Below are positions 45,646 to 56,200 of a stretch of 64,000 bases of DNA, piece after piece; position 1 is the first letter of the stretch, and every line of letters starts with the position of its first letter. The notes beneath the pieces were generated by a model. It was not told the origin of the DNA. It did no database searches and was given only the letters and a program-made list of their open reading frames with translations. The stretch is from a virus (taxonomy: Duplodnaviria > Caudoviricetes): IMG/VR virus record IMGVR_UViG_3300021255_000042, positions 32,001 to 96,000 of that record; one strand, given 5' to 3'. The position numbers were made by a program, and so were the translations under genes.

Positions 45646-48600
45646 CTAAAATGCCGCAACAGCACGCACATAGAGGAAGTCGTACTTGTAGGAGCCGTTC
45701 ACGTAGCCACTATTGAAGTACACGTCCCAGGCGTGGTTGGCCGAGTACTCCGCGGAGGCCCAATACCAAGATTCCGTCCACTGCGTAAAAACGCCCGCTG
45801 TCTTGGCTTTTGCGAAAATCGCATTGGGAGTGCCAACCGTGTAACCCTTGGATTTGTACCAATAGCATCTACAAAGCTCTCCTGAACTCGGTAAGTACCA
45901 ATTGTGCTTTTTGAACTTGTCATTAAGCACTTCTCCAGTTCGCAACACTGTCGGCTGATAGGCGTAACAGTAAGAAGCGGCAGGATAGTAATACTGCTGA
46001 TACTTAACGGTGCTGCTGTTAGCATTAACCAAGTTCGTAATACAAGTCGTAACATTCTGATACTCCGATTCGGTTGCCGTCTCTGAAGGAATAGGGAGAT
46101 TAATGCCCGAATCGTTTAATATTTTGTTACGATGTTGTATAATTCTCAGAGTCTTCAACTTTCCAGAAGGAATCTTGTCACCTACATGGTAAGTCTTGCC
46201 GTCCAGAGAAATCTCCGAAGTAAGAGTAATGAGCTGCATATCTCCAGGCGCGGTATTGGCCGCGAAAATCTTGAAGCCGTCAGCATCACCGGTACTCGTT
46301 TCATCACGATAAGATTCATCGGTTACATAAGAACCACTGATACCTGACGTAATATTGTCGATGGAAACAACGTCATACACATTGTATGTAGGCTCATCGG
46401 AAAGCGTCAAACCGGCAAATCCGTTGGTGGCATCATTGTACAAACCCCATGCTCTGGAAGTAGGGGCGGTGTCCTGGAGAGCAGTCATTCGGCGGTCTGT
46501 GCTGTCATCAGGATTGATGTAGAAACAAATACCAACCGGTGTCTTATCTTCGTCCAAACTGTCAGAATACGAACCATCCGCATACACATAGTCACCAACC
46601 TCAGCTGCTCGGTCATATATACCAACAGTCTTCGCACCATTAATGGTCGTGTAAGAGCCATTGTTGAACGTTTCGATAGCAACACCTACCGTAACGAAGT
46701 CAGCTTCGCTGGAAAGCTGGGAAACGTGCAGCACACCGGTCTTTGTGTTCATAGACACCTGACCGTTCAACGAAGGGTTGGTCACGCTCCAGGTAATCTT
46801 TGTAAAGTTATTGGCATACCTGGAAGAAGGATTGACGATGTACTGGTAGTCAGCATTCGCCTCGTGGGTGTAGGTATCACCACCAATACCGGCAGATGTC
46901 AGAACCGTCTTGTTGTAGGTCATCAAAAGGCCCTTATGGTCTGCGGAGTTCACGTCATCTACGTTGCCCCACTTGTCGATGATCAACGCCTTCATTGCAA
47001 AGGTGATTGACGAACCAGCTGAAGGCTCATTCACAATCATCGAACCGGTGAGCTTGGAAGTTGCGATACCGGCCAGCCACTCAATCATCGCCGCAGATGC
47101 AGAAGTCCAGTTGATATTCTCGATCTGGATGTAGTTCACATTGGCGTTGGCATTGAATGCACCGAACGCAAGACCGTAAGAGTTGAAAGAACCTACATTG
47201 GAACCTATGCGTATGGTGTGCAGGTACTGATAGCCGTCAAACGTAATAGTGGTCACGTTCGGTACGTTGTCTATCTCAATGGTGGTCAACTTACCAGGCA
47301 ACTTCACAGTCACAAGGTTCTCGGATTCCGGCAGGTTAACCTCAGTAATGGAGGTACCTGAGAGATTTATGGTAGCCGCACGGATTAGCTTCGTTCCGTC
47401 AAACGTACCCTTGATTCCAACACAACCTTCCAACGAAATGGACTGTAGGCCGGTGGCGTTCTCGATAACAAATTGCTGAGGACGGAAGGCCGGTACGCTT
47501 TCGCCAGTTGTGCTGTCGGTATAGAACACGGTCGGCTCGGCAGTAAAGCTGGTAAGACGCTTACCTTGGAGTGTGAATGTGGAATCGGCCTTACAGCTGA
47601 TATTTCCAACATTGCCGAAATTGCGGTAGTAGTTGGACGCGAAGATAGCAACACCAGTATCACCTTGCACACTTCCCAGGTTGAAATTGTAAGTCTGACC
47701 AGGTGCAAGTCTGACGTGCGGATCGATGGTGTTTGCACCAACGTTCGCGGTCGGATAGATATACTGGTGAGGTGTAACCTGGATGACGTAGGACGCGACT
47801 GTTCCGTCCGGGTTAGGATAGCCCTGGAAACCGAAGGAAGAAGCCGTGTCGTCCAGACCGATAGAACCAGAAGCAGCATACTCGAAATCACCCCAACGTG
47901 CATACGAGGCCGCATACACGAGACGGCGTTTCATATACTGACGTTCGGCCTCCAGTTGATTACCAATAGACTGAGTGATTGGAGGAACTGCGCGACCACC
48001 CGTTGATACAAAACCGGTAGAAGCAGGGTACTCGTAACGGATGCGGGCCTGTTCATTCCACGCAACAGCCGGGAAATATTCTTGCACAGAGAAGAAGTAC
48101 TTGTGCAGGAATCCCCAAGGTGTTGTCTTCTGAACATCGGTAAGACCGGGCAGATCATCGTTCACGCTCACCATACGGCTCATTGCGGAAAGAATCTCGT
48201 GCATCATCGACTGGAGTTCCTTGGTGTCCTCGTACATCAGCTCGCAAAGGTTGAAGAGAACATTTGCGCCGCCCTCATAGAGAGACTGGTTGCTTCCTTC
48301 CGCGCACGGGTGCATACGGTCGATATAATACGGCTTGGTCTGGCGGCCCGTATTGTCGGTCGGGAAGATGGTATCAAGGTCATCCTGGTGAAGTTCGAAG
48401 AGGAGTGTGCTCGGATCAAGAACGTAGTAGGTGTTCTTCGAGCAGTTATCCGTTCCAGCGATGAAGAAATTCACGTATGCGTAGTGGAACTTCAGGGAAT
48501 CGACTTTGAAGTAGCTTCCAATGTTCGCCTTGGCGTGAGAAGCTATGGCCGAAATGAACGCCGCATTCAGAGCCGAATAGTTACTCTGGTTGTCAGAGGT

Positions 48601-51600
48601 GATTGCGCTGGAAGTCATCGAATCCGTGCTAAGGTTCCTAACTGCGTAAGCCGTGCCGTTCCACATTCCAGCGTGTACGAAGGATTCGGCCTCGTTATCG
48701 TAGCGGAACAGACAGTAACGGTAGGTTCCCTGTGTGAGCCAGTAAGCCATCGTAGTATCGAGGTTTTCATCGATGATGAACTGCTCATAGGTTCCGTTGT
48801 AGTAAGTGATGCGAGGGTTGTGCAAATAAAGGAAGTTCCACGCGTCCTTTACTTTCGCCAACACAGAATCCTTCAGCACCTTCTGGCCATTAACGGTCTG
48901 GGCAACGAATTTATCCACGTCAATATTAACCTCGTCTGCGGTAGGATAGCCGAAACCGTCACACTCACCATCTTCGAAGTGCGGAAGAACCTTGTGATCC
49001 CAAGGCACACGCATATCGGTAAGCGGGCTGTTGTTCTCTGCACCTTCCAGCATCACGAAATTGCCGTGCTGCGACTTCACAAATCCCCAGGTCGGATCAT
49101 CCATCTTTCCAGGGCCAAACGTACAGGCACCACGATACAACGGAGTTCCGCCCTCTGTTTCCTGAGTGAAGTAGAAGAACGGTTCAGTGTACTTTGCAAC
49201 GCGAGCCAGAGAGTTGGATTGCTGGATGGAGTTCTTGCCTACGATTTCGGTGTGCAGGTCGTTGTAGGAACGAGTACCACCGCAAAGGTGGCTCTGCATA
49301 GCCGAAGCGTAGTTAATCTTGTTCACCATCTTCTGGCCAAGCGGAACACCAAGAGCGACCTTGTAGCCCTTTCCACGATACATTCCGTTCGTGTCAATCC
49401 AACCATCTTGAACCTGGATGGTGCCATTAGTTACTTCATAGGTTCCATCCACCAGGCCACCAACGAGCGTCACGGTGCCATCATTGTTCAAGGTCTGGGA
49501 GATGGAGCTGTGAATCTTCGTCAGCTCGACCGTAATCAGGAAGTCAACGTCCTTAATCTTGGTCTGGATGTTCGAGTAGTAGTACGTGTTGGCGGTCGTA
49601 CCCTGGCGGCTGGAAACGAGGCACTTCACAGTGTTGTCCTGCTGCCATGCGAGGTAGGAAGCCTTACAAATGGTGCCGGACAAATCCGGGTTGATTGTGC
49701 CGTCAGCGTTATACTGGTAGATTTCCCAGTAACATTTTTGTTTTGCGGAAAGGAACTGATAAGGCTCCACTCCGTGATAAATAAGGACACGTTTGCCTTG
49801 CGCACGCACCTTAGCAGCCGAAATTAGTCCTGTCTCAGAATCCAAAATATCGTTATCGTGACGCACCTTCAGTTTCTCGGCAGAAGTCGGGAGCGTGGAG
49901 ATGTAGTTCTTGACGATATTTGTAGCTGAGAGCTGCTTATTCGTGTAGCAACGGATAGAGTAGATGTCAACGTCAGCAGAGTTGGAGCCAATGACGATAC
50001 CACCATTACTCATTGCGCCGGTGCAGAACTCATTGTACCTGTTGATAGCGAAGTTGAATTCACGCTTAATGCTGCCATTGATAAGGATGCGCACCAGGGC
50101 CATAGGAGTTGCGCCAGTCTCAGCAACCACGGAATGGTTGATATTAATGCTGAAGTGGGTACGCACGCCTTCTTCCCATTGCCAATCCTGCTGGGCTTCA
50201 ACGTTGTTAGAGGTGGTGAGCAAATAACCACGGAGCGCATCGAAGCGAAGACCAATCATCTGGTTGGTCGCATCAGTCTCATTGATACCTATGAGCTGAG
50301 CATTCTCAGGGTCGGTAACGTTGCGCACTTTCATATCGAACTCCAGCGTCATAGAGGATTCAGGGTTCGAGATGAATTGGGCGAACGGGTTGTACTGGAT
50401 GGTGAGCTTCTGACCGGCCAGAACACGGAGAATCTTCTGGCTGTCATCCGGACTGATAATCCAACCATCGTTTACACCTGAGAAGCCAACCCAGGTAGAA
50501 GGAATCTCAGCATTACCATCGCGGGCATTGAGAATGCGCTTGAAATTCGTCTCGGTATTGTTACGAATCTTCGGGTTAATCAAGAATGTAGAACCGGCGG
50601 TCGGTGAAAAAGAATCTGAATTGTCAACAGTAAGGCTGATAGCATCCGTGCCAATCGATTCCATAAGAGCGTCATAGGTGCCAGTAATTGTTCCTTCGAC
50701 ATCGGTAGTACGTCTCCAAACATGGAAATAAGCATCGTAGCTTGCCGCCTCTTCAGAACTATCGCTGGAAGCCTCAATTTCGACCGTCACGTTCAGGTCA
50801 CGGCGCACGTTTGTGGGCACGATGTCTTCCACGCGCAGGTATTCTATGAGGTTTTCATCTTCCAGGGCGTTCTCAGAATAGTTACTGATTATAAACGCAA
50901 GATTCAACGATGCAGTTGTATCGAGAACAATCTGATTGTTGGAATCCAACATAGGTACGAATACGGCATATCCACACAGACGAGCCTGCACATAGTTGGT
51001 GACGGAAGACAGCATCTCCTGAATCATCACATACGGCTGCGTCTTCTGGGCGGTTGTCACCGTTGCGTTGTTGATGACCATAAACCGGTTCACCAGAACG
51101 TCACTGGTAATTGTATTGCCATCACCGTCCGTACACGTCAGCCAGGCCGTCACGGTATGAACGCCATGCGACAGGATGCCATAGCCGGTCTGATCCGCGA
51201 TCGTCCTGGTAAAGTTCTCGGTCGTGTATTGCGTCAATCCCAGTGTGTACTCCAAGGTCATCTCCTGGGTCGCGCCGGAAATCTTCAGATGCAGGGTTTT
51301 TGCGACCGATCCGTACACCTGGTAAGCAATCGTGAAGCCGCCGCCAGCCGCATCGATAGGAACGTTGTAGTTCTGCTGGTTGACGAGGTAAAGCTGGGTA
51401 AGGACGATGGAGTTGAACACCAAACGTCCAGTCACGCCGGTTTCCATACCGGTTGCCTGCACACGGACTTGGTTGTCACCCGGAGACAGGTACTCGGAAA
51501 TGTCAAACTCTTCGTATGCGCTCGGCGAAGTAGGATCGAACGTGAACGGACGGGTGGAAACCTGGAAGCTTCCTCTTGTCACCCACTCACCTACGGAATA

Positions 51601-51957
51601 CACCTGAATCTGCACGGCAACGATTTCAGCCGTATCGGAGCCGCCGTCAACAGATGTGAAACGCAAGTGGAGCTTGGCCGTGCCATCGATACTAATGATT
51701 GAATCCGTGTTGTCTGGACTTAACACGGAGACAGTGGTATTCGCTCCTGGCAAAGTGACCACGTGATTCACAGGCTCGTAAGTGGTGGAGCCCTGCTTGA
51801 TTGCGTAAACTGCGTTTTGAATAAGTTCCGCTACGGCATTCTGGTTTTCAATGACTGCCGTAACAAGAAGGTTGAACTCACTCGCTGACAATTTACCTTC
51901 GGCAGTAGTTCCACCATTTTCGGTCTTGGGAATCAAACTTGAAATGTTTGTTGCCAT
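45646..51957 (-). CDS. DGR target: 2103-aa multidomain tail/adhesin protein with C-terminal CLec-type variable domain
   Basis: C-terminal WYLPSSGEL...YWASAEY...VRAVAAF; internal LamG-like, CotH-like and LRR-like segments. Confidence 0.88.
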   Translation of the reverse strand: MATNISSLIPKTENGGTTAEGKLSASEFNLLVTAVIENQNAVAELIQNAVYAIKQGSTTYEPVNHVVTLPGANTTVSVLSPDNTDSIISIDGTAKLHLRFTSVDGGSDTAEIVAVQIQVYSVGEWVTRGSFQVSTRPFTFDPTSPSAYEEFDISEYLSPGDNQVRVQATGMETGVTGRLVFNSIVLTQLYLVNQQNYNVPIDAAGGGFTIAYQVYGSVAKTLHLKISGATQEMTLEYTLGLTQYTTENFTRTIADQTGYGILSHGVHTVTAWLTCTDGDGNTITSDVLVNRFMVINNATVTTAQKTQPYVMIQEMLSSVTNYVQARLCGYAVFVPMLDSNNQIVLDTTASLNLAFIISNYSENALEDENLIEYLRVEDIVPTNVRRDLNVTVEIEASSDSSEEAASYDAYFHVWRRTTDVEGTITGTYDALMESIGTDAISLTVDNSDSFSPTAGSTFLINPKIRNNTETNFKRILNARDGNAEIPSTWVGFSGVNDGWIISPDDSQKILRVLAGQKLTIQYNPFAQFISNPESSMTLEFDMKVRNVTDPENAQLIGINETDATNQMIGLRFDALRGYLLTTSNNVEAQQDWQWEEGVRTHFSININHSVVAETGATPMALVRILINGSIKREFNFAINRYNEFCTGAMSNGGIVIGSNSADVDIYSIRCYTNKQLSATNIVKNYISTLPTSAEKLKVRHDNDILDSETGLISAAKVRAQGKRVLIYHGVEPYQFLSAKQKCYWEIYQYNADGTINPDLSGTICKASYLAWQQDNTVKCLVSSRQGTTANTYYYSNIQTKIKDVDFLITVELTKIHSSISQTLNNDGTVTLVGGLVDGTYEVTNGTIQVQDGWIDTNGMYRGKGYKVALGVPLGQKMVNKINYASAMQSHLCGGTRSYNDLHTEIVGKNSIQQSNSLARVAKYTEPFFYFTQETEGGTPLYRGACTFGPGKMDDPTWGFVKSQHGNFVMLEGAENNSPLTDMRVPWDHKVLPHFEDGECDGFGYPTADEVNIDVDKFVAQTVNGQKVLKDSVLAKVKDAWNFLYLHNPRITYYNGTYEQFIIDENLDTTMAYWLTQGTYRYCLFRYDNEAESFVHAGMWNGTAYAVRNLSTDSMTSSAITSDNQSNYSALNAAFISAIASHAKANIGSYFKVDSLKFHYAYVNFFIAGTDNCSKNTYYVLDPSTLLFELHQDDLDTIFPTDNTGRQTKPYYIDRMHPCAEGSNQSLYEGGANVLFNLCELMYEDTKELQSMMHEILSAMSRMVSVNDDLPGLTDVQKTTPWGFLHKYFFSVQEYFPAVAWNEQARIRYEYPASTGFVSTGGRAVPPITQSIGNQLEAERQYMKRRLVYAASYARWGDFEYAASGSIGLDDTASSFGFQGYPNPDGTVASYVIQVTPHQYIYPTANVGANTIDPHVRLAPGQTYNFNLGSVQGDTGVAIFASNYYRNFGNVGNISCKADSTFTLQGKRLTSFTAEPTVFYTDSTTGESVPAFRPQQFVIENATGLQSISLEGCVGIKGTFDGTKLIRAATINLSGTSITEVNLPESENLVTVKLPGKLTTIEIDNVPNVTTITFDGYQYLHTIRIGSNVGSFNSYGLAFGAFNANANVNYIQIENINWTSASAAMIEWLAGIATSKLTGSMIVNEPSAGSSITFAMKALIIDKWGNVDDVNSADHKGLLMTYNKTVLTSAGIGGDTYTHEANADYQYIVNPSSRYANNFTKITWSVTNPSLNGQVSMNTKTGVLHVSQLSSEADFVTVGVAIETFNNGSYTTINGAKTVGIYDRAAEVGDYVYADGSYSDSLDEDKTPVGICFYINPDDSTDRRMTALQDTAPTSRAWGLYNDATNGFAGLTLSDEPTYNVYDVVSIDNITSGISGSYVTDESYRDETSTGDADGFKIFAANTAPGDMQLITLTSEISLDGKTYHVGDKIPSGKLKTLRIIQHRNKILNDSGINLPIPSETATESEYQNVTTCITNLVNANSSTVKYQQYYYPAASYCYAYQPTVLRTGEVLNDKFKKHNWYLPSSGELCRCYWYKSKGYTVGTPNAIFAKAKTAGVFTQWTESWYWASAEYSANHAWDVYFNSGYVNGSYKYDFLYVRAVAAF
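45651..45760 (-). repeat. DGR variable repeat (VR)
   Basis: Encodes ASAEYSANHAWDVYFNSGYVNGSYKYDFLYVRAVAA; 17 substitutions relative to TR. Confidence 0.95.
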
Positions 51958-51975
51958 CTTGTAAATTGTTATAAA

Positions 51976-54387
51976 TTAGAAACTTATCGGGAAGTCGTAT
52001 GTGAACATATCGGTCGTTGACACAACACACTCAAAGTAGTCCTGGTCGCTAATAGCATAATCCAGAACTATCGTGTCGGACGTTTGATCAATAGAAGGAT
52101 TGTTCGTCCAAAAATCGGTGTCTTCCACCAACCCAGACGAACCAACCGTGTACTTATGCCAACGGAACGCGATGCCGGTAAGGTCAGTCACCAGCTCGCC
52201 ACGGAAGTAAAGCTCGGCCTTCAAAGTGGTCTGGCAATCTCCATTGTGGAAACTGGAACCGGTACTGGAAGTGACCTTGACCGTGTAACCGGCGATGATT
52301 ACCTTGCGAACCGTGAATGTATCGTAGCTGGAGGTGGCCGCAACCGCGTAGTTACACCTCAGTTCAAGAATTCCGTCCTCGCTCCAAAGAGTAGAAAGCG
52401 GCTGAACCGTGTAAGTGTAACTCGTTGCGCCGGATATATCAGTCCATACCCCTTCGGAATTCTTGTACTGCCACTGGAAAACTGCCTCGTCCGGCGTGAA
52501 GTTTTTGCAGATTGCCGTAAGAACAAGCGTCTGCGGAGTGAAAGCATCGAAACCACTGTTGCCGCCCTTAATGACAACCATCGTGTCATTGCCTTCAATC
52601 TTAATCGTGCGGCCAATGACTTCGCGCTGTGCATCCTGAGAAAGATTATCCCAGTCAAGGGTCACGTCACTTCCGAACGTCACGGAACCGGCGGCAGTCC
52701 ACCGAATGTTGTTGTTCGCCAGGTAGCCGGAGCCGTCCACACGGAGAACAAACGAATTCGTCCGCGTGCCGATGCTTCCGTTGCCGTCATAATTCAGCTT
52801 CAAGAGGGGGTTCTGGATGGTGCCACCAATACCGCCACGGCTGAACCAGGCACCGTAATCGTCAGTAGTGTCGAGTACGGAATCGGTAGGTTGGTACTGG
52901 GTGACAACCTTTCCAGATTCAAGCTGGAAGGCAGACACACAAACCTCGTCCGCATAGGGAACGAGTGTGTCGGCGGCAATTACAGATGCGCTCTCGGAAA
53001 TCGAATCTTCGTCAGCATCGGCGAACGTGGGCGTGAGCGTGAATGTCAAAGATTCAGACGCAAGGGCGGGTGTAATCACCTCAAATGAAACCGATTCACG
53101 TTTCCAGGCATTTAGTTCGTGGGCTTCGATATATACCGTTCCTATCAGGAATCCATTCTGCTGGATGGAGAGCGTCACCGGCTTCTTCGCGTTCACCCAG
53201 AACGAGAGGCAATACTGCTTGGCTATGTGCGAGTTAAGCCACGAAGAAGTCTGGGCCGTGACAGTCGCGCCGCCGGTCAGCTTGTACATCTTTCCTACCC
53301 CGGTCGGATTGGTGATTGTGGTGTCCTCAGCACACGCACCGGAGATTGTTGGCGACAGGGAGTTAATGAAAGCGTTGCGATGAATCTTACCGGCATAGAA
53401 GGTGGAGCCAAACCCATTCTCGTCCCCCGCCGTCAACGTACCCGATACGTGTGCCGAGCCGGAGGTAAATAGTTTCTGGAGATAACCGCCATATCCATCC
53501 AGCCGCCCGAACACCGGATCAACCATTCCAGTCAACCGGCCAAGGCGCATCTGAGAAGCATCGCCGAAATTGGCAACGCTGGAAAGAAGGATGATATTGA
53601 AATCGGCAATCCAGACCTCATCATTGTTTTCGAGATCTGGAAGAGCTATCTTGACCGAACGAAGATGTCGTCCAGACCAATCTACCGTAATCGCGTGAAG
53701 CTTGTACTGCCAACTTGTCGTAACGGCAACATCAACTGTTCCGTCAACACGCACACCGTCAACATATTCCAGGGATGCCGTTGCGGTGAGTGATTTTGAT
53801 GCCTTAATCTTGTAGGAAATCAGCACGCGGTTCGGATTGGCCACGTACTTATAGAAATCCTGCTTCAGCTTCACCGTCCCTTCGGTTGAATTCTTGGTGA
53901 TGTGAAGGATGCGGTTATTGTCGTTCTGGGATTTGATATACTGGAGGGTTGCAAGCTGCGGGTTCTCCAGGATATACTGCGTCTGTGGGTCTTCATTGTT
54001 CACAACGCCCAACGAAACCGGCCATGACAAGCTCGCATTGCGCCCAATCCCGTCAATCACATCCATATACGGAGCCTCGCTGTCACTTGCCGTCAGATAG
54101 AGTGCGCCTGAACGATCGGTATCAAAAAGGTTCGTGACGCGAGCAAAGTCGAGAATCTGGGAGGAGGAAGGCGCATCTCCTTCCAGGAGGGCACCAACGA
54201 AGTACGGCTGTTGACTATTGTCAGACAAAGTATCGACACCGGTTTCCAGGACGGCCATCAACGAATAGATTACGTTCTGCCCGTCAAAATACTGTCGTCT
54301 AACTATGTCGCCAACGTGAAGTCCTTGCGTCTTTTTTGAATCAGAGCGCAAGGACACCTTGAACTGTCTATAACTGAATACTGCCAT
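51976..54387 (-). CDS. Tail/baseplate structural protein
   Basis: 803 aa, beta-rich, with carbohydrate-binding-like and Ig-like segments (FQWQYK, FRWHKY). Confidence 0.65.
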   Translation of the reverse strand: MAVFSYRQFKVSLRSDSKKTQGLHVGDIVRRQYFDGQNVIYSLMAVLETGVDTLSDNSQQPYFVGALLEGDAPSSSQILDFARVTNLFDTDRSGALYLTASDSEAPYMDVIDGIGRNASLSWPVSLGVVNNEDPQTQYILENPQLATLQYIKSQNDNNRILHITKNSTEGTVKLKQDFYKYVANPNRVLISYKIKASKSLTATASLEYVDGVRVDGTVDVAVTTSWQYKLHAITVDWSGRHLRSVKIALPDLENNDEVWIADFNIILLSSVANFGDASQMRLGRLTGMVDPVFGRLDGYGGYLQKLFTSGSAHVSGTLTAGDENGFGSTFYAGKIHRNAFINSLSPTISGACAEDTTITNPTGVGKMYKLTGGATVTAQTSSWLNSHIAKQYCLSFWVNAKKPVTLSIQQNGFLIGTVYIEAHELNAWKRESVSFEVITPALASESLTFTLTPTFADADEDSISESASVIAADTLVPYADEVCVSAFQLESGKVVTQYQPTDSVLDTTDDYGAWFSRGGIGGTIQNPLLKLNYDGNGSIGTRTNSFVLRVDGSGYLANNNIRWTAAGSVTFGSDVTLDWDNLSQDAQREVIGRTIKIEGNDTMVVIKGGNSGFDAFTPQTLVLTAICKNFTPDEAVFQWQYKNSEGVWTDISGATSYTYTVQPLSTLWSEDGILELRCNYAVAATSSYDTFTVRKVIIAGYTVKVTSSTGSSFHNGDCQTTLKAELYFRGELVTDLTGIAFRWHKYTVGSSGLVEDTDFWTNNPSIDQTSDTIVLDYAISDQDYFECVVSTTDMFTYDFPISF

Positions 54388-54388
54388 A

Positions 54389-56200
54389 TTACACCAATTC
54401 GGTTACAAGGTCTCCTGAGCAAGAATCGCTCACCCAAAGAGAGCCGTTAGTTACTGACATTTTCTGCACCTCCAGCTCGTACACCCTCATCTTCTTGCGC
54501 ACAGTCAAGCTGTCGAAGGTAGCCTCATAGCCACCGTACAAAGTATCACTGAGGATGGCCCAACCAGAACCGGCGAAGCCACTGGAGAAGGCCGTAGTGC
54601 TAAGAGAGCCGGTAAAGGTCGTGTTGCCATTAAGGTGCATTCCTCCAGTCACACCCTCAATGAAAACCGCATCGGCAAACATCAAGGCGTTCTCAATTAA
54701 GCGAGTTTTGTAAGTATTGCTGATGATTGAGAATGCCGTACCCTCGACAGGCTTCTTGAACGTAAAGAACTCCGCATTGGCATCCACCGTGTCGAAGTTA
54801 ACGCTGGCAGAGTATGCGAGGTTCAGGTTCTTAAATAGCGAGGTGGTCGGAGCCAGATATATTTGAACTGGAAGGTTGACTGTGTGGCTGTTCTCGGAGT
54901 TGTCAACGTAGGTGTACGGAAGGCCGAGAACGAACTTGGCCGAATCGTTTGTGATGTACGGGCCGGTAGTGCTTCCCAGACGAATCCGATGCGAGGAAAC
55001 AAAACCGCAATCGCTTCCGTCCACATAATAGGTCTGGATGACGGTCGGCCCGGCGTTTCCACAACCGGCCTGGAATGAGTTGGGGAAGTTGCCATCGCCA
55101 AACGGAGACACCATATTATAGGTGCCTGCGGCGTTCTTGATGGCCGTCTGAAGAGCTATGTAGTTCGTGGCCGTTGATCCGTCAACGTCACCAAGATTCA
55201 GAACCATTCCAGGCGCAGAGAGCGAAACGATGTCGGTGGTGCCGGTCTTAACCTTCAGGATGTACTTGTCCTTGAACTTGAAACCCTTCTCATTCTTGAT
55301 ATGTACGTTCTCATCCAGCTTCAGATACGCGATGGTAGAATCGTTCTCGTCAACGTAGGTGTAGAACCACTTCGTATTGTTGGCACCAAGCTCAAACCCG
55401 TTCAAGGCCACCAGCTTACCACCGACATTATAGTCGCCGTCAACAGTCAAGTCGCCGAATACGTGCAGGTCTTTTGTCTGCCAATCAACTGTCGGCAAAT
55501 TTGAGTTGGCCGCATGATAATAGATGCTGGAGACATTGCCAGTGACGTTGTAGATTTCGTTATCGTGAGCGAACACCTTCCCGGACTTGAATGTAGAAGC
55601 AACTACATTTCCGCTGAACTCGACATCAGAATAGGTGGTTTTCAGCTTTCCGTCAACGGCATCCACGTAGAGGATATGGTTATTTCCAATATAGATACCG
55701 GCAGTGCTGAGTGTGAGCTTACCGCCAACGCTCGCATCATCATCAACGCTCAGGTTTCCGAACACGCTGGCCGTATTGGTCGATACATCATCTACGGTCG
55801 TTCTGGTAACTGTGAAGATGGCCACATTCCCAGCACCGGCCACGAATCCATACTTGGCATTCAATGCGCCGGTCATTGAATCGCCTGTGCGGGCAACATA
55901 ACCGATACCAGTCTCGCCTCCACCTCCTCCAGCTCCACTTGCGCTGATTGCATTGATAATGGAGTTGGCGAAAAGATATGCAGAATTCTTGGTGAGAATG
56001 TCGGTATATGCAGCCATCTGGGTATTGATAGCTTCTGCGTCAATCTCACCGCCAGGAGTGGTCGGAGGGTTGGTCGTTACGTCAGGTACATCAACCTGGC
56101 CAGCCGCAACCATCCCATCGTACAGCCTTGTATAAAGGTCGTACAGTACGGAAGTCGGATCGAGCGTGCTCGGATCAAAGTTGAGTTGTGCTGCTGCCAT
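54389..56200 (-). CDS. Tail structural protein
   Basis: 603 aa; C-terminal FSSGFAGSGW...DSLTVRKKMRVYEL pattern typical of Bacteroidetes phage tails. Confidence 0.7.
   Translation of the reverse strand: MAAAQLNFDPSTLDPTSVLYDLYTRLYDGMVAAGQVDVPDVTTNPPTTPGGEIDAEAINTQMAAYTDILTKNSAYLFANSIINAISASGAGGGGGETGIGYVARTGDSMTGALNAKYGFVAGAGNVAIFTVTRTTVDDVSTNTASVFGNLSVDDDASVGGKLTLSTAGIYIGNNHILYVDAVDGKLKTTYSDVEFSGNVVASTFKSGKVFAHDNEIYNVTGNVSSIYYHAANSNLPTVDWQTKDLHVFGDLTVDGDYNVGGKLVALNGFELGANNTKWFYTYVDENDSTIAYLKLDENVHIKNEKGFKFKDKYILKVKTGTTDIVSLSAPGMVLNLGDVDGSTATNYIALQTAIKNAAGTYNMVSPFGDGNFPNSFQAGCGNAGPTVIQTYYVDGSDCGFVSSHRIRLGSTTGPYITNDSAKFVLGLPYTYVDNSENSHTVNLPVQIYLAPTTSLFKNLNLAYSASVNFDTVDANAEFFTFKKPVEGTAFSIISNTYKTRLIENALMFADAVFIEGVTGGMHLNGNTTFTGSLSTTAFSSGFAGSGWAILSDTLYGGYEATFDSLTVRKKMRVYELEVQKMSVTNGSLWVSDSCSGDLVTELV

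Noticed and set aside
48082-49827. 581-aa + strand ORF (and similar ones at 50722, 52084, 58837, 37967)
   Set aside because: Antisense shadows of long - strand structural genes, caused by codon bias.
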